Source of the DNA: Promethearchaeota archaeon
GTDB lineage: Archaea > Asgardarchaeota > Lokiarchaeia > Sigyniarchaeales > SOKP01
NCBI GenBank assembly: GCA_011364975.1
Contig: RDOE01000070.1
Span: 1-17,448, forward strand
Direction of reading: 5' to 3'
Length of the DNA: 17,448 bases
Shown here one piece after another: positions 16,576-17,448 of this stretch (position 1 is the stretch's first letter; every line of letters starts with the position of its first letter). The notes beneath the pieces are model-generated. The model searched no databases. It had not been told where the DNA came from and was given only the letters and a program-made list of their open reading frames with translations. The translations under genes and the position numbers were made by a program.

Positions 16576-16664
16576 TATAGAAGTGGAGGAGAAGGGGTAG
16601 ATACGCAGCTTCTCGAATGAGCACACATTATCTAATAATCCTCCACTCTATATCTCTTTTTTTT
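16576..16664 (+). terminator. Extended nested stem-loop plus T8 (terminator or structured 3'-UTR RNA)
   Basis: TATAG(A)AGTGGAGGA (16576-16590) pairs with TCCTCCACTCTATA (16639-16652). Inner stem TAGATA/TATCTA, apical GCT(T)C/GAGC, then T8 at 16657-16664. Confidence 0.65.
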
Positions 16665-16797
16665 CTTAACATTGAATAATTAATTTCTAACATTAACTGC
16701 TTTATTTAGACAGAAAAGTTTAATACCATAGTCAATCAATTTTATTCTTATACAAAAATGTGGAATTAGTGAAAAAAAAAATAGTAAACCGATCAAA

Positions 16798-17448
16798 TTG
16801 ACAGCAGAACAAACTGGATCTAAAAAAAAACGTTTAAAAATTAACGTCCTAAAGAGGCCAATCATAATTGGAGGGACAATAGCTGCTGTAGCAATAGCTG
16901 GTATTGTAAGTGGTATTATTATTTTTATGGGAATTCCAAAAGGAGGTACTCTCAACGTGGGCATAACTTATGAAGTTAGTGAGATTGACCCAATCCTTTC
17001 TGTTACTGCTGCAGAGCAAATAATTATTAATCAAGTAACTGAAACCTTATTTGAAAATGATTATATCGGGGGCATACCTCAGATTATAAATAATCTAGCC
17101 ATAAATTTTAATTGGAATTCTAATCATACAGAATTTACATGCACACTTAGAAAGAATGTCATGTTCCATGATGGAACGCCATTTAATGCTACAGCTGTTA
17201 AATGGAATTTCGATAGAGTACCTCAAATAGTCAACCCCTCAAACTTTATTGAAATCACGTGGGGATATTTATTCTTTTTACCAGATGGTCGGTGGATTAT
17301 TAATAAGACTCAAGTGATTGATCCTTATACCGTTAAATTTGTTCTAAATGACCGTTTTGTTCCTTTCAGAGCTTTACTAACTTCTAGTGCTACAGGTATT
17401 TTATCACCAGCCTCTTCCCCAGCAAATAAAACCTTGCTTAAAGAAACT
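16798..17448 (+). CDS. Second family-5 ABC substrate-binding protein, 3'-truncated by the window edge
   Basis: Manual translation from TTG 16798: MTAEQTGSKKKRLKINVLKRPIIIGGTIAAVAIAGIVSG...EIDP...NQVTETLF...LRKNVMFHDGTPFNATAVKWNFDR...VIDPYTVKFVLN...ILSPAS. Clear paralogue of 7338-9077. Not in the ORF track. Confidence 0.92.
   Translation, partial: MTAEQTGSKKKRLKINVLKRPIIIGGTIAAVAIAGIVSGIIIFMGIPKGGTLNVGITYEVSEIDPILSVTAAEQIIINQVTETLFENDYIGGIPQIINNLAINFNWNSNHTEFTCTLRKNVMFHDGTPFNATAVKWNFDRVPQIVNPSNFIEITWGYLFFLPDGRWIINKTQVIDPYTVKFVLNDRFVPFRALLTSSATGILSPASSPANKTLLKET

Noticed and set aside
16576-16664. SECIS element or tRNA
   Set aside because: The upstream gene has no in-frame TGA, the only ATGA lies on the 3' side of the apical stem, and there is no cloverleaf or T-loop.
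15256-17034. Track ORFs 15256-15504, 16081-16299, 16181-16522, 16680-16964 and 16849-17034
   Set aside because: Antisense shadows of the wHTH, secreted-protein and second SBP genes.

Overview
AT-rich archaeal DNA, most likely Asgard/Lokiarchaeia. This is inferred from a Loki-CTERM-like IPGY sorting tail, GGTGA/GAGG Shine-Dalgarno motifs, and longin, SDS22-type LRR, Ras-like and ubiquitin-like genes. Left to right the window holds: a Glu/Leu/Phe/Val dehydrogenase homologue missing key catalytic residues (absent from the ORF track), an LRR protein, an unannotated 37-aa zinc-finger microprotein, a longin protein, a BON-membrane fusion, AlaX, a secreted beta-helix protein, an orphan family-5 solute-binding protein (SBP), two surface proteins, a ~7TM protein with a C4C4 RING-like tail, a small 2-TM protein, a degenerate Ras-like GTPase with a helical tail, a ubiquitin-like protein ending in GG, a tandem winged-helix protein, another secreted protein and a second, partial SBP. 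Three signals stand out. (1) A 40-bp cis-element (TTCGAnCTTT-N10-YCGAAGnTWWATCTAAAWAT) recurs upstream of the ubiquitin-like gene and three secreted-protein genes, suggesting an undescribed regulon. (2) The 7TM-RING, pseudo-GTPase, ubiquitin and wHTH genes form a compact cluster. (3) Two genes appear to start at ATA, exactly 9 nt after a GGTGA Shine-Dalgarno. All family calls come from reading motifs by eye; no database searches were run.
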